IMG/VR virus record: IMGVR_UViG_3300033553_000116
Coordinates: 1 to 64,000 of that record
Direction: 5' to 3' (one strand)
Source of the DNA: a virus
DNA length: 64,000 bases
Below are positions 49,677 through 59,150 of this stretch, in pieces. The translations under genes and the position numbers were made by a program. Within the stretch, counting starts at the first letter, position 1; every line of letters starts with the position of its first letter. The notes beneath the pieces are model-generated. The model was not told where the DNA came from. It did no database searches and worked only from the letters and a program-made list of their open reading frames with translations.

Positions 49677-50909
49677 TTGACAATGAAAAAGATAGATTTA
49701 AATAAATACCTAGAGCCAACTTTAGGGCACGAGTCACTAACTGATGAGGAGCTAGAGCATATATCAGTCGAGCACTTACAATCAGTAGTAGATAGTCACT
49801 ATCTTGCAATGGAGTCAATAATGGACACCTTAGAAGATTTGGCAACTATGAATGAAAATGCCACTTACACCATTGAATCACTACCTTTAAATATCCAAGG
49901 ATATATTCTCACTACCGACGGTGTTTACAGTGCTGAAGATGTAGGTGTGTCATTGGAGGAATCTGTTGGCGGTATTAGTAACATCCTACATCGTATCTGG
50001 GATAACATGTTTATTCAGTATAAACAACTCTGGGAAGGATTAAATAATATCTTCCGTAAAAATGAAACAGCAGCGTTGAGGACACTTGAACAGTTCTCTA
50101 AGTTCGAAGATAAACTATCAGGCAGTAGAAAGAAAGATGAGATTGTTACTAGTTATGCAGGTATTGATATGGCATTCTACATGCCAGGTACTAAAAACTA
50201 CCACGCTTCACCTACTGAACTAGTTAGTCGTGAATTAAAAATGAATGAATATGTTTTCAAAACATTTGTTCCACAACTAACTAAGGTTACTTCAACCATT
50301 GAGTCAGCCATTAAGAACTTTGACCCTACCGATGTCAAGGCTTATGATAAGGGGTTCTTAGAACCATTAAGTAAAATTGATCATCCTGTAGAATCATTTG
50401 ATAGGAAGTTTTATGGCGATGCTGAATATATATGGGGTTACTCATTTACAGATTCATTCTTCACAGCGTTATCTGGTAAGCCTAGTGATATGCCAAGATT
50501 AGATAAAATAGGATCTAAGGCTAAGTTAGTACATAATCACTCAGTTGCATCAATGGCCGCTATGAGAATTATTCCAGATGTTAAATTAACAGCAAGTGAA
50601 TCGTTGGGCATTATTAAAGATGTTAAAAGCATCCTTAATAATATTGTAGACTCTTCAAAAAATCATAGTTCAGAAAAGAGAGCTTTGGATACCTTAATAG
50701 ATAAGGTATCAACTTTAACAAATAAATATAGTAAAAATGAATTAGATATTTCTGCTAAATTACTGAAAGAAGATCTAAATAACCTTAAGAGATTTGTTAA
50801 TGCTTTAGTTTATCACTATGTTAAACTACCAGCAACCTTCGCTACCCACCAGGCATTTTCAATGTCACAGGTAGGTATATTAATTGGCCGCATTGCCAAG
50901 CGTTCATAA
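49677..50909 (+). CDS. Putative internal head protein; probable start 49683
   Basis: Acidic propeptide with GHE/SVE/AME/SLE sites. Confidence 0.6.
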   Translation: MTMKKIDLNKYLEPTLGHESLTDEELEHISVEHLQSVVDSHYLAMESIMDTLEDLATMNENATYTIESLPLNIQGYILTTDGVYSAEDVGVSLEESVGGISNILHRIWDNMFIQYKQLWEGLNNIFRKNETAALRTLEQFSKFEDKLSGSRKKDEIVTSYAGIDMAFYMPGTKNYHASPTELVSRELKMNEYVFKTFVPQLTKVTSTIESAIKNFDPTDVKAYDKGFLEPLSKIDHPVESFDRKFYGDAEYIWGYSFTDSFFTALSGKPSDMPRLDKIGSKAKLVHNHSVASMAAMRIIPDVKLTASESLGIIKDVKSILNNIVDSSKNHSSEKRALDTLIDKVSTLTNKYSKNELDISAKLLKEDLNNLKRFVNALVYHYVKLPATFATHQAFSMSQVGILIGRIAKRS

Positions 50910-50923
50910 CTATTAAACTAACC

Positions 50924-50955
50924 ATAAGAGAGTGCCGTAATGGCACTCTCTTTTA
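50924..50955 (+). terminator. Terminator
   Basis: agagagtgcc/ggcactctct plus T run. Confidence 0.8.
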
Positions 50956-50982
50956 TATGTCGATTCAATCTCAGGTTACATC

Positions 50983-51000
50983 TATATTACTTTAATGAAT
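50983..51000 (+). promoter_or_regulatory. Early promoter
   Basis: TATATTACTTTAATGAAT. Confidence 0.78.
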
Positions 51001-51045
51001 AGATAACAGATAGAACTTTAATTAGTTGTATTTGAATTAAAATAA

Positions 51046-51498
51046 TTGGAGAATAACATGTTAGAAGAAATCAATTCAGTAAAAACATTTAATACTAAAG
51101 ATAAAGTCATTGTAATGATGGGTAAACGAGAAAACCTAAAAGGTATACAAATTGTTGAGGGTATCATTTTAAGAGCACCTAAGAAGGCTTCTAAAGATAA
51201 TAAGTTTGTTATCCTGTTACCTAACGGGATAGCTGTAGCCACTGCCCCCCAGTTATTTGTTACTAATGAGGGAAAATACTTCCGTAAAGAGGAGCATTTC
51301 ACTGTGTCATATATTTGTCATATGCCTGAGTTAAAGATATTTGCAAATGCTTCATGGAATGCAGTTTGGGATATGTACGAACATTTAGTTGCTCAGTTAT
51401 CTAATATAGCTATGCATATACGTTGTTCTAAGAAAGCGGTTACTATAACCAATGACTATATAAGAAATACGGATACTACAAAAATGAGTACGTATTAA
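51046..51498 (+). CDS. Early hypothetical protein (probable start 51058)
   Basis: GGAG RBS after promoter. Confidence 0.6.
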   Translation: MENNMLEEINSVKTFNTKDKVIVMMGKRENLKGIQIVEGIILRAPKKASKDNKFVILLPNGIAVATAPQLFVTNEGKYFRKEEHFTVSYICHMPELKIFANASWNAVWDMYEHLVAQLSNIAMHIRCSKKAVTITNDYIRNTDTTKMSTY

Positions 51499-51513
51499 TG
51501 AGGTTAAATAAAG

Positions 51514-51548
51514 GTAGGAGGCATTTGCTTCCTATACTTTTTTTTTTG
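51514..51548 (+). terminator. Intrinsic terminator
   Basis: taggaggc/gcttccta plus T run. Confidence 0.7.
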
Positions 51549-51620
51549 TTTAATGTGGTAAATTTTAACATGCGAGTATAATCCTCTGTAAAATAATTTT
51601 TTTAAGTTAAGGACTAACAC

Positions 51621-52190
51621 ATGACTGAAGAACAACCCTATACTCCAACTATAGTAGATAATAGATTACACACTATCCAAGAGATGCTACAAGGTGTAAA
51701 TGAAAGACACGCAAGTATAACCAGACGTATCCAGGCATCTCCTATTAGTATCGGTGAGTCAAAGGTACCCATTGGATTACAGTATGTTTATCAAACTCAG
51801 GCTCTTCCAAGTACCCGCTTAGTTATTATATTTGATGAATCTGATCGTGAGATTATCGCCATTCCTAAAAATGTTTTATATAGCTACGAGCCATTGGACA
51901 TGGATGCAACTAAACGTTCACTAAACCTTTTTATCAACCATCCTGATAAGCGTGTTATAGAACAGTTAATTGGATTAGTAGAAACACTACAACGTGAAGG
52001 GTTTGATTTTAGAGCAATGCCGATGCGAGATGTAATGGCTATTACAAATCCAGACATCGATGTAGATATATCTGGTATGCAACTATTTCCATTACTATAT
52101 TTAAAAAGTAGATATACTGATGAAGTTGTATATGTCAATACAGAAGCTGTTGTAATCCGTTCTGCTGGTGCTGAAGACACTAGTCACTAA
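51621..52190 (+). CDS. Hypothetical protein
   Basis: AAGGA RBS, 189 aa. Confidence 0.65.
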   Translation: MTEEQPYTPTIVDNRLHTIQEMLQGVNERHASITRRIQASPISIGESKVPIGLQYVYQTQALPSTRLVIIFDESDREIIAIPKNVLYSYEPLDMDATKRSLNLFINHPDKRVIEQLIGLVETLQREGFDFRAMPMRDVMAITNPDIDVDISGMQLFPLLYLKSRYTDEVVYVNTEAVVIRSAGAEDTSH

Positions 52191-52215
52191 AATTGATCTA
52201 AAAAAGTCACAGCAC

Positions 52216-52233
52216 TATATTACTATAATGAAT
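52216..52233 (+). promoter_or_regulatory. Early promoter for the nucleotide-metabolism operon
   Basis: TATATTACTATAATGAAT. Confidence 0.8.
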
Positions 52234-52255
52234 ACCAACCTTAAAAGGATTTACT

Positions 52256-52867
52256 ATGAAATTAACAATTGCAGATTGGGCACGTACTGCCGGACTTACC
52301 GTCGATGATTTACCAACACAGCTTTCAGTTCTCTCATCTGAGGTTATTGAAACTATGCAGGGCCTTAATCTTAGACATCGTTACCTAGTAATAGATGGCT
52401 TAGTAGATGTCCACTGGATGGTACAGGTTGCAAAAGCATTAACTGATGGTGCGATGGATCTTACTTCACAGTTACAGGATCTATTTGATGAAGTGGATGA
52501 TATCTTCCCTTTTCTCATTAGTAAACATTTCCAAAATGGACAGCATGTAGTTATGGAAGCCAACTTCTCTAAGTTCTGTAAAACAGTTGAAGAAGCTGAA
52601 GCTACACTCAAAGCTTATCGTGAAATTAAAGTTGATGTACACTATAAAAGAGTCGGCGACCTTTACGTTATACGTTCTTCGTTTAATCAGATTGGTATAG
52701 ACGGTAAAACTTATTCTAAAGATAAGATTCTTAAGTCTATTAATTTTATTGAACCGCGTTTCATTGGTATTCCGGACTCTAGCTTTAGTCAGGCTGTCCA
52801 AGAAGGTTATGGCGGATCAGCTAGTATGTATGACAAAGCTGTAGCCAAGCATGGCTTTTGCGGTTAA
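52256..52867 (+). CDS. MazG-like/PRA-PH family NTP pyrophosphohydrolase
   Basis: E..E, DGLVD, V..ANFSKF and KILKS..F.EP motifs. Confidence 0.72.
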   Translation: MKLTIADWARTAGLTVDDLPTQLSVLSSEVIETMQGLNLRHRYLVIDGLVDVHWMVQVAKALTDGAMDLTSQLQDLFDEVDDIFPFLISKHFQNGQHVVMEANFSKFCKTVEEAEATLKAYREIKVDVHYKRVGDLYVIRSSFNQIGIDGKTYSKDKILKSINFIEPRFIGIPDSSFSQAVQEGYGGSASMYDKAVAKHGFCG

Positions 52868-52900
52868 TTAAATCTACCATTAATAAGAAAGGAATTTGAA

Positions 52901-53383
52901 ATGACAGATGAAAGCGATTGGGATAAGATTGGAGCCACAGCTAAGGCTTTAGCCGATGCGTCTAGTGAAGATACTATCCAGGTACGACCAGATCTTTTAA
53001 AGATAAGTGATACAGACATCCAATGGGCTGACGATATGGCTAGCCAATTCACGAGCCTAGCATTAGATGCTAATGAAGAGCATGCTGTATCCACTATATT
53101 CCCCGAAGAAATAATTAAGCTTGGTAGTAGATTCTTAAAACTACAACTAGGTGAAGCTATGGGTGAAAATGTAGTTATTGAATTAGAACTAGCTCATGGT
53201 GTTGCTGTGTTGAAAGGTAGCTTTAAGTCAACTGCATTTAATGAAAGCCGCACCTCTGGTTTACTTATCAGTAAAGATAGCGTTGAATCATTGGTACCAA
53301 TAATGGCCAAATGGATCAAGTGGTACGATGACCACGCTATGTCATTGGGTCTACTCTCAACAACTGAAGGGACTGATTACTAA
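52901..53383 (+). CDS. Hypothetical protein
   Basis: AAGGA RBS. Confidence 0.6.
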   Translation: MTDESDWDKIGATAKALADASSEDTIQVRPDLLKISDTDIQWADDMASQFTSLALDANEEHAVSTIFPEEIIKLGSRFLKLQLGEAMGENVVIELELAHGVAVLKGSFKSTAFNESRTSGLLISKDSVESLVPIMAKWIKWYDDHAMSLGLLSTTEGTDY

Positions 53384-53643
53384 TGGGTCGGTCTTTGATT
53401 GGCAAATACAGTAGTGAGTCTAAGGACACAAAGCAAGTTGCAATGAAGGTAGGGGATAGATTAGAAATTATGTCTGATGCCATTACTGACAAAGCACCTT
53501 GTAATGCAAGTATTGTGGCTGTAACTGAAAAAACTATCACTGTCTCTTATGGCGATGAGGAAGAGACTTTTGATATCACTAAACTTAAAGTAACAGACTC
53601 TTGGGAATCAGAAGACTCAGGGTCTGTGGTTTGGAAGGTTTAG
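53383..53643 (+). CDS. Small SH3-like barrel hypothetical protein
   Basis: MKVGDRLEI...IVAVTEKTITV pattern; TAATG coupling. Confidence 0.5.
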   Translation: MGRSLIGKYSSESKDTKQVAMKVGDRLEIMSDAITDKAPCNASIVAVTEKTITVSYGDEEETFDITKLKVTDSWESEDSGSVVWKV

Positions 53644-53663
53644 TTTTATAAACAAGGATTAAT

Positions 53664-54497
53664 ATGCGACAGTATTTAGAAGGACTACAACGTATCTTAG
53701 ATGAAGGTACGTTTCATGGAGATAGAACAGGCACAGGTACTATCTCTCGTTTCGGGGAGCAGTTACGTTTTGATTTGACAGATGGTCTCCCATTGGTCAC
53801 TACTAAGTTCACAAACTTCCGTGCCATTCAGCGTGAACTACTTTGGTTCCTTGAAGGCTCTACTAATAGCATCCGGTTAAATGAAATCGGTTCTAAGATC
53901 TGGGATGGCTGGGCTTTAGATGATGGTGACTTAGGGCCTATCTATGGTAAGCAATGGACTGACTGGGATGTCATCGACAAAGGTGAGGTAGTAACTGATC
54001 TGGAGGCTCTTTTAGAACTTTCTCAAGATGGTACTAGATTAGATGAACTTAGTCTTAATATCAGTTCTATTTTAGATAAGATTGCACTTAAGCCAAATAT
54101 CAATCAGATCCAACAGGTCATTGAAGACTTGCGTGTGAATCCACATTCAAGACGTCATTTAGTTACTGCATGGAACCCATCTGCATTGCCATCTGAATAT
54201 AAACTAACCATGACTAACGGTAAAGTTATTAAAGCTCCACTTACACCACAGGGTAACGTTGCAGAAGGTAAAGCTGCATTGCCTGCATGTCATACCTTCT
54301 TCCAGTTCTACTCTCGACTAATGTGTCTTGAAGAGCGTATGAATTATATCCCGGCTTCTAAAGTAGGGTTATATGCAAAGATCGTGGAATTCGATGAAGT
54401 ATCAGCTCAGCCATTCTTAGATGACACTGAGGCCATGGCTTTATTAGATGAGCATGATGTTCCTAAACATGCACTAAGTTGTCAGATGTATCAGCGT
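53664..54497 (+). CDS. thyA: Thymidylate synthase, exon 1
   Basis: DRTGTGT, ELLWFL, IWDGWA, LGPIYG.QW, SRRH..AWNP, ALPACH and YQR motifs. Confidence 0.95.
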
Positions 54498-54829
54498 TCA
54501 CATAACGAGCGCCTTTTAGCAGTAATGCTAATCGAAGAACATTCTCAAATTGCTGGGAAATCTTGCTAAGCATTTACACCACAACGTAATTTGAAAAAAA
54601 TAAGCGTGACGGTTTTAAAAAGTTAAATGATAGAGATAATCAGCAGCCAAGGGTCCATATAGGATCAAGGTTCAACGACTAGCCTTTGATAAGGTGTAGG
54701 ACCAAGTGGTCCGAAACGGGAAAGCTTCCTACTCATAGAGAGGAAGGTGATATAGTCTACTCTGCATGGTGACATGCAGCTGCACGTAATGGTGCGGGTA
54801 GTGTCTAACGAACACTATTGAATATAACG
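54498..54829 (+). ncRNA. Group I self-splicing intron (IA2-like), 332 nt, no homing endonuclease
   Basis: P1 with U.G at the exon end; P/Q/R/S elements (AAUUGCUGGGAAA, AAUCAGCAG, GUUCAACGACUA, GAUAUAGUC); P7.1/P7.2; terminal G; splicing restores YQR|SSD. Confidence 0.93.
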
Positions 54830-55126
54830 TCGAGTGATTCATTATTGGGCCAGCCCTTTAATATCGCTTCATATGCGCTACTAACTGAAATGGTTGCACA
54901 GTGTGTTAACATGGTTCCAGATGAACTTATCTGGGTAGGTGGCGATTGTCACATTTACAATAACCATCTTGATGCTGCTAAAGAGGTAATAGCCAGACAG
55001 CCTATGGCATTACCTACACTTAAGTTAACTCCAGGCATTACTGATATCTTTGCTTTTGGTGAAGATGACATTGTGTTGGAGTCATATGAACACCACGATG
55101 CTATTAAATTAAAAGTATCGATTTAA
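54830..55126 (+). CDS. thyA: Thymidylate synthase, exon 2
   Basis: SSDSLLGQPFNIASYALLT and GDCHIYNNH motifs. Confidence 0.95.
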   Translation, partial: SSDSLLGQPFNIASYALLTEMVAQCVNMVPDELIWVGGDCHIYNNHLDAAKEVIARQPMALPTLKLTPGITDIFAFGEDDIVLESYEHHDAIKLKVSI

Positions 55127-55148
55127 AGGTTCTGTCTAACATGTAATA

Positions 55149-55178
55149 ATGAGTAGAGGCTAATGCCTCTACTCATTT
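55149..55178 (+). terminator. Terminator hairpin
   Basis: atgagtagaggc/gcctctactcat. Confidence 0.75.
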
Positions 55179-55200
55179 ATATATAATATTTGGAGGATTT

Positions 55201-55623
55201 ATGACTAAGGTTATAAACATTAATAAAGCTAAGATTGATATGGCCAATGAATACTGGCAAGCCGAACGGGAGGAACGTATATCTGATAAGACCACAGCTT
55301 TTAGTAATGAAGATAACGGTACAATTAGATATTTTGTAGAAAATGCAGTAACGGCTATACAGTCTGGTAAAAAGTATGTTCGATTAGAAAAAGAAGTTTA
55401 TCCGATTCGAGATAGAGTTTGTGATAAAATAGAACACATGCTTGAAAAATATGAATATGAAGTTACCATATCTATGGCGATGGGTGATGTAGCTAACGAT
55501 ACTGCATTAGTAATCGTTGTTAGTATTGCGGACTACGATTGTTCTTGGAACCCCGAGGATGTCTTAGAGCTAAAAGTAAATCAGACATATAAAGAATATA
55601 TCAAAGAAATGTCAAGGGGGTGA
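55201..55623 (+). CDS. Hypothetical protein
   Basis: GGAGG RBS. Confidence 0.65.
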   Translation: MTKVININKAKIDMANEYWQAEREERISDKTTAFSNEDNGTIRYFVENAVTAIQSGKKYVRLEKEVYPIRDRVCDKIEHMLEKYEYEVTISMAMGDVANDTALVIVVSIADYDCSWNPEDVLELKVNQTYKEYIKEMSRG

Positions 55624-56021
55624 ATACCATGGTAATGAAAACAAGTAATACAAAGCGACTCAAGGCAATCAATTTATCATCGGGGCCATTTAGATCATTA
55701 ACTATTAATGTAGTTGATTTAGTAACCTTTTATGATATCCATCAACGCAATGATGCATTGGCCAACATAAAGATGAAAATATGGGAGATGATAAATCATT
55801 TATATAGTCATGATAAGAAACTGCAATTACCAGAGAATTCAAGTCTCATCTTACTAGATGTTAGTATGGAACTTTTTACTGGTGATGCTACAGGGCCAGT
55901 GTTAGATTTAAAGTTTGTCTTAACTAATAGACTATTTAAGACAGTAAAGTATGCTCAGAACTATACCTACGTTATTAAGGTATGTAACGATAATAGACCA
56001 GGTGCTCCAGCATTCATATAG
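55620..56021 (+). CDS. Hypothetical protein
   Basis: Coupled to the upstream gene. Confidence 0.55.
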   Translation: MNTMVMKTSNTKRLKAINLSSGPFRSLTINVVDLVTFYDIHQRNDALANIKMKIWEMINHLYSHDKKLQLPENSSLILLDVSMELFTGDATGPVLDLKFVLTNRLFKTVKYAQNYTYVIKVCNDNRPGAPAFI

Positions 56022-56185
56022 AGTAGGTTCTTAGGAATCTATCTATGTAGCTTAATCTCCAGTGACTTATTTTATAGATTAATAATTAAATATAGGGGAG
56101 TGGGTAATCGTCCCTTTATGCCGCATTAATGAGTAAGTTTATACATAGGAGTAATATTCTCTAGGTCACTAATGAGGAATTTAAA

Positions 56186-56506
56186 ATGCGATTATGGAAT
56201 AGAGGTATTGAATATGGGTATATAGAAACCTTGAATCAAGTACTTAAGGATTATGGCCCTAAGGTTAACCCACTGCGAATAGCAACCCATGGTCCTGAAA
56301 TACCAGACTGTACCTGGATAATGTTTATCGGCGACATCACTCCAATACTTAAAGACATCGATAATTATTACATTATCGAATATGTACCTGGAGGATTCGA
56401 TCTCTCTAAGACCGTGACCATTGATTGCTTAGGCATTCTATTTAGAAACGTAAAGAGCATTGAGCTTATGGACTCAATTAAAGACTCTCTTATTAATAAG
56501 GAATAA
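56186..56506 (+). CDS. Hypothetical protein
   Basis: GAGGA RBS. Confidence 0.55.
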   Translation: MRLWNRGIEYGYIETLNQVLKDYGPKVNPLRIATHGPEIPDCTWIMFIGDITPILKDIDNYYIIEYVPGGFDLSKTVTIDCLGILFRNVKSIELMDSIKDSLINKE

Positions 56507-56508
56507 AA

Positions 56509-56775
56509 ATGATACTTAAAAAGATTACACCGCAAGAAATAAACGATCTTATTTACTCAGTAAAGTATGAGGTGGTAGACGCTACCACTACTACTATCTG
56601 CATAATTATGACTAAGTGTGGATTTACAGCGATTGGAACTAATTCTTGTTTGAATATGTCTGACTGGATTGAGCAGAAGGGTAAAGAAGATTCATATGCT
56701 AAAGCTATAGATAAGATTTGGGAAATGGAAGGGTACCATAGAAAACGTATGGCTGAACATAACCGCAACTCGTAG
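56509..56775 (+). CDS. Phage gp49/Sf6 gp66 family protein (candidate Acb4-like nucleotide sponge)
   Basis: ITP..I, TTIC....GF...G...C and G...Y..A.DKIWEMEGY motifs. Confidence 0.8.
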   Translation: MILKKITPQEINDLIYSVKYEVVDATTTTICIIMTKCGFTAIGTNSCLNMSDWIEQKGKEDSYAKAIDKIWEMEGYHRKRMAEHNRNS

Positions 56776-56846
56776 TAAGTCATTGCTATCGGGTGAGGTA
56801 GTATATGTCATTGTGACGTTATTAAAGAATGGTTAGAGGGACAATA

Positions 56847-57455
56847 ATGAATTTAGTTAGTCAGTATTTGGTAATAGCCAGTGAAGAAAGTAGTGAAGTT
56901 ATCCAAGCGTCAAGTGATCTATTAATTAATATTAATCCGTTAGAGAATACAAGTGGTACATTAAGAGCCTACCATCTCGCAAAAGAATTCCAGGAACTTA
57001 CAGGGATGATGGAATTGTTGGAGAAACACCAAATCATCCCAAAACTCCCATCCGGCTGTAAAGATACCATTAAGACAAGGAAAAAAGAACGCGTTGATCA
57101 TTGGCTTGAACACTCTAAAGAACAAGGCACCCTTGAAGAAACTAGTATACTAGGAGCTAGTGACAATATACTGGAACAGATTAAACAGAGTTCAGCGGTA
57201 TTGATCCAAGCCTGTTCAAAGTCCCAACGCTTTGGCTTACATGACGGCATAGCTGAAAAGCCTACAACAAATGCACAAGACATTATTTCAGTCGTTAAAA
57301 GACTAGAAGGGTTATCAGACCTATTAAAAAATAGTGGACTTCTATCTAACTCCGATGAAACACCCAGCTACACTTTAAACGATGTCATAAGTGGTCATAC
57401 CAATCACCAAGAGTTAGCTAAGATAACCAAAGACTCCATTAAAGGAAATGAATAA
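56847..57455 (+). CDS. Tandem two-domain MazG-like protein
   Basis: EESSEVIQASS and a second degenerate copy AVLIQACSKSQRFGL; start at TAATG 56847. Confidence 0.55.
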   Translation: MNLVSQYLVIASEESSEVIQASSDLLININPLENTSGTLRAYHLAKEFQELTGMMELLEKHQIIPKLPSGCKDTIKTRKKERVDHWLEHSKEQGTLEETSILGASDNILEQIKQSSAVLIQACSKSQRFGLHDGIAEKPTTNAQDIISVVKRLEGLSDLLKNSGLLSNSDETPSYTLNDVISGHTNHQELAKITKDSIKGNE

Positions 57456-57988
57456 TGACGATGACATATTTAAGAGCTATAGGTAATAACTTTCTATCTG
57501 CGCTATCTGCAATACCATATATGTTTCAAATGGAACTACCATCCAATCCTAAACAGCCACTCAAACCAAGACATGATAATGGGAAGTATAGTTATCATGG
57601 AATTGCCCCAAAGCAAATCAAATATACAGACTTATATAAATACGCAGTTAGAATGCGTGAGCTAATTGGTCTTAAACGTAATTTTAATATCCTATCTAAG
57701 GTTACTGGTAGATCTGCTGAGTTAGTTTTTAATTTAAGGGCTTCAGGCATCACACCACTTAGATGGACTGGTGAGCAAGTTTTCTTAGCGTACGATACCG
57801 AAGGTATTAAATATATGTGTCAGTTAGTACACTGGCTTGAAAACAATTCTGAAGTTGACTGGGGTTACGGTAGTGCTGAAGATATAACCGATACAAACCA
57901 TTTCGTGTATGTTGTCTTTAAAACACCTAAAAGCCAGAAGAAGTTTCGTAAGGAATTATATAAAATTTTAACTGCATTGGCATACTAA
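57455..57988 (+). CDS. Hypothetical protein
   Basis: Coupled ORF, 177 aa. Confidence 0.55.
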   Translation: MTMTYLRAIGNNFLSALSAIPYMFQMELPSNPKQPLKPRHDNGKYSYHGIAPKQIKYTDLYKYAVRMRELIGLKRNFNILSKVTGRSAELVFNLRASGITPLRWTGEQVFLAYDTEGIKYMCQLVHWLENNSEVDWGYGSAEDITDTNHFVYVVFKTPKSQKKFRKELYKILTALAY

Positions 57989-58005
57989 ACAAAAGGTAAG
58001 TAATA

Positions 58006-58245
58006 ATGGATGAAGAACCAGTACTGTCTACCCCATTAAGAATTAGACCCAAGCGAGTAGTATTTCTATCAGTGGGGTCAATGTATGACCCTGAGACAAT
58101 TAAAAAAATGATAGCAGCGATGCCTAAAATTGGTACCAAAGAAGATCGGGCTAGGGGCGATAAACCCAATAACTATCTTTCTTTAGATAATAATCCTCCG
58201 TATAGAGAGTTCACTACGAAAAACAAACGCCGTAAACAATGGTAG
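58006..58245 (+). CDS. Small hypothetical protein
   Basis: AAGGT RBS. Confidence 0.5.
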   Translation: MDEEPVLSTPLRIRPKRVVFLSVGSMYDPETIKKMIAAMPKIGTKEDRARGDKPNNYLSLDNNPPYREFTTKNKRRKQW

Positions 58246-58754
58246 GTATATCGATGGAAGTAGAAATAATCTCAGCTATAGCGGCTAACGGTGTTATAGG
58301 TAAAGAAGATGAGTTAGCCATGAAGTCTAAGGAAGACATGGCATTCTTTAAAGCGGAGACTACAGGACATGCTGTCCTAATGGGTAGGAAGACCTTTGAT
58401 AGTTTACCTGGACCTTTAATAGAAAGACTTAATATAGTAATAACCCGTAATCCAATTCACCAACCCAATCCTGTTGATGGTGTGGTTTACTCAGATGATC
58501 TTTTTGGTGTCATTAAGGGATTAGCTGACAATGGTACATATGAGCGCCTATACATAGTCGGGGGTGCTGAAATATATAAACAAGCACTTGATGCAGACAT
58601 CGTTGATAGAATGATATTAACTAGGTTCTCTGAGGGTGCTGAAGGCGATACTCATTTCCCATACTTCAATCAAGATATGTGGGACGTTGAAGATATTGCT
58701 GAGTTTAAAGGAACACCTGCGTATAGGGTGTTAGGTTACACAAGAATTAGATGA
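58239..58754 (+). CDS. folA: Dihydrofolate reductase (probable start 58254)
   Basis: NGVIG, DMAFFK..T, MGRKTFDSL..PL..R.NIVITR, VGGAEIY and GDTHFP motifs. Confidence 0.95.
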   Translation: MVGISMEVEIISAIAANGVIGKEDELAMKSKEDMAFFKAETTGHAVLMGRKTFDSLPGPLIERLNIVITRNPIHQPNPVDGVVYSDDLFGVIKGLADNGTYERLYIVGGAEIYKQALDADIVDRMILTRFSEGAEGDTHFPYFNQDMWDVEDIAEFKGTPAYRVLGYTRIR

Positions 58755-58784
58755 TAATAAACATAGTAGGGTTAAGTCCCTATT

Positions 58785-59150
58785 ATGTCCCAAAAAGGAT
58801 TAATACTTATGAAAAGACAAATAGCAAGACTAACTCAGGCATCTAGGTTAAAACAACATCGTGCTGAAACTAGTAGACCAAAGACTGGTGTTAGTAGAAT
58901 GAAAAAATACAATGGAGGTAGTTTAAAAAACCTTTATGGTAAGCGTAGTCGTTATAGAGACATACAAAAAAGTCTAAAGGGATTTATGCACTTCTACTAT
59001 TACAGTTGGTCATACATTGGAATGGCGACCACACACTTCGCTAGGAGATCAAAGACTACGTCAGTCATCAATAGAACTAGATGTATGCCAACTTGGTATG
59101 CACCGAATACTATTAATGGTCTGTTGGGTAATAGGATTAGTGGTATTTAA
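58785..59150 (+). CDS. Highly basic hypothetical protein (probable start 58809)
   Basis: ORF ending at a terminator; AAGGA RBS before 58809. Confidence 0.45.
   Translation: MSQKGLILMKRQIARLTQASRLKQHRAETSRPKTGVSRMKKYNGGSLKNLYGKRSRYRDIQKSLKGFMHFYYYSWSYIGMATTHFARRSKTTSVINRTRCMPTWYAPNTINGLLGNRISGI

Noticed and set aside
54498-54569. C-terminal tail of the 301-aa ORF, and a separate 102-aa gene starting at TTG 54818
   Set aside because: Both are read-ins to the intron; the two ORFs are thyA exons.
54498-54829. Intron-encoded homing endonuclease
   Set aside because: The 332 nt are accounted for by ribozyme structure and contain no ORF of adequate size.
53664-55126. dCMP/dUMP hydroxymethylase for DNA hypermodification
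   Set aside because: Canonical ThyA motifs including PFNIASY are kept, DHFR is nearby, and no modification enzymes are seen in the window.
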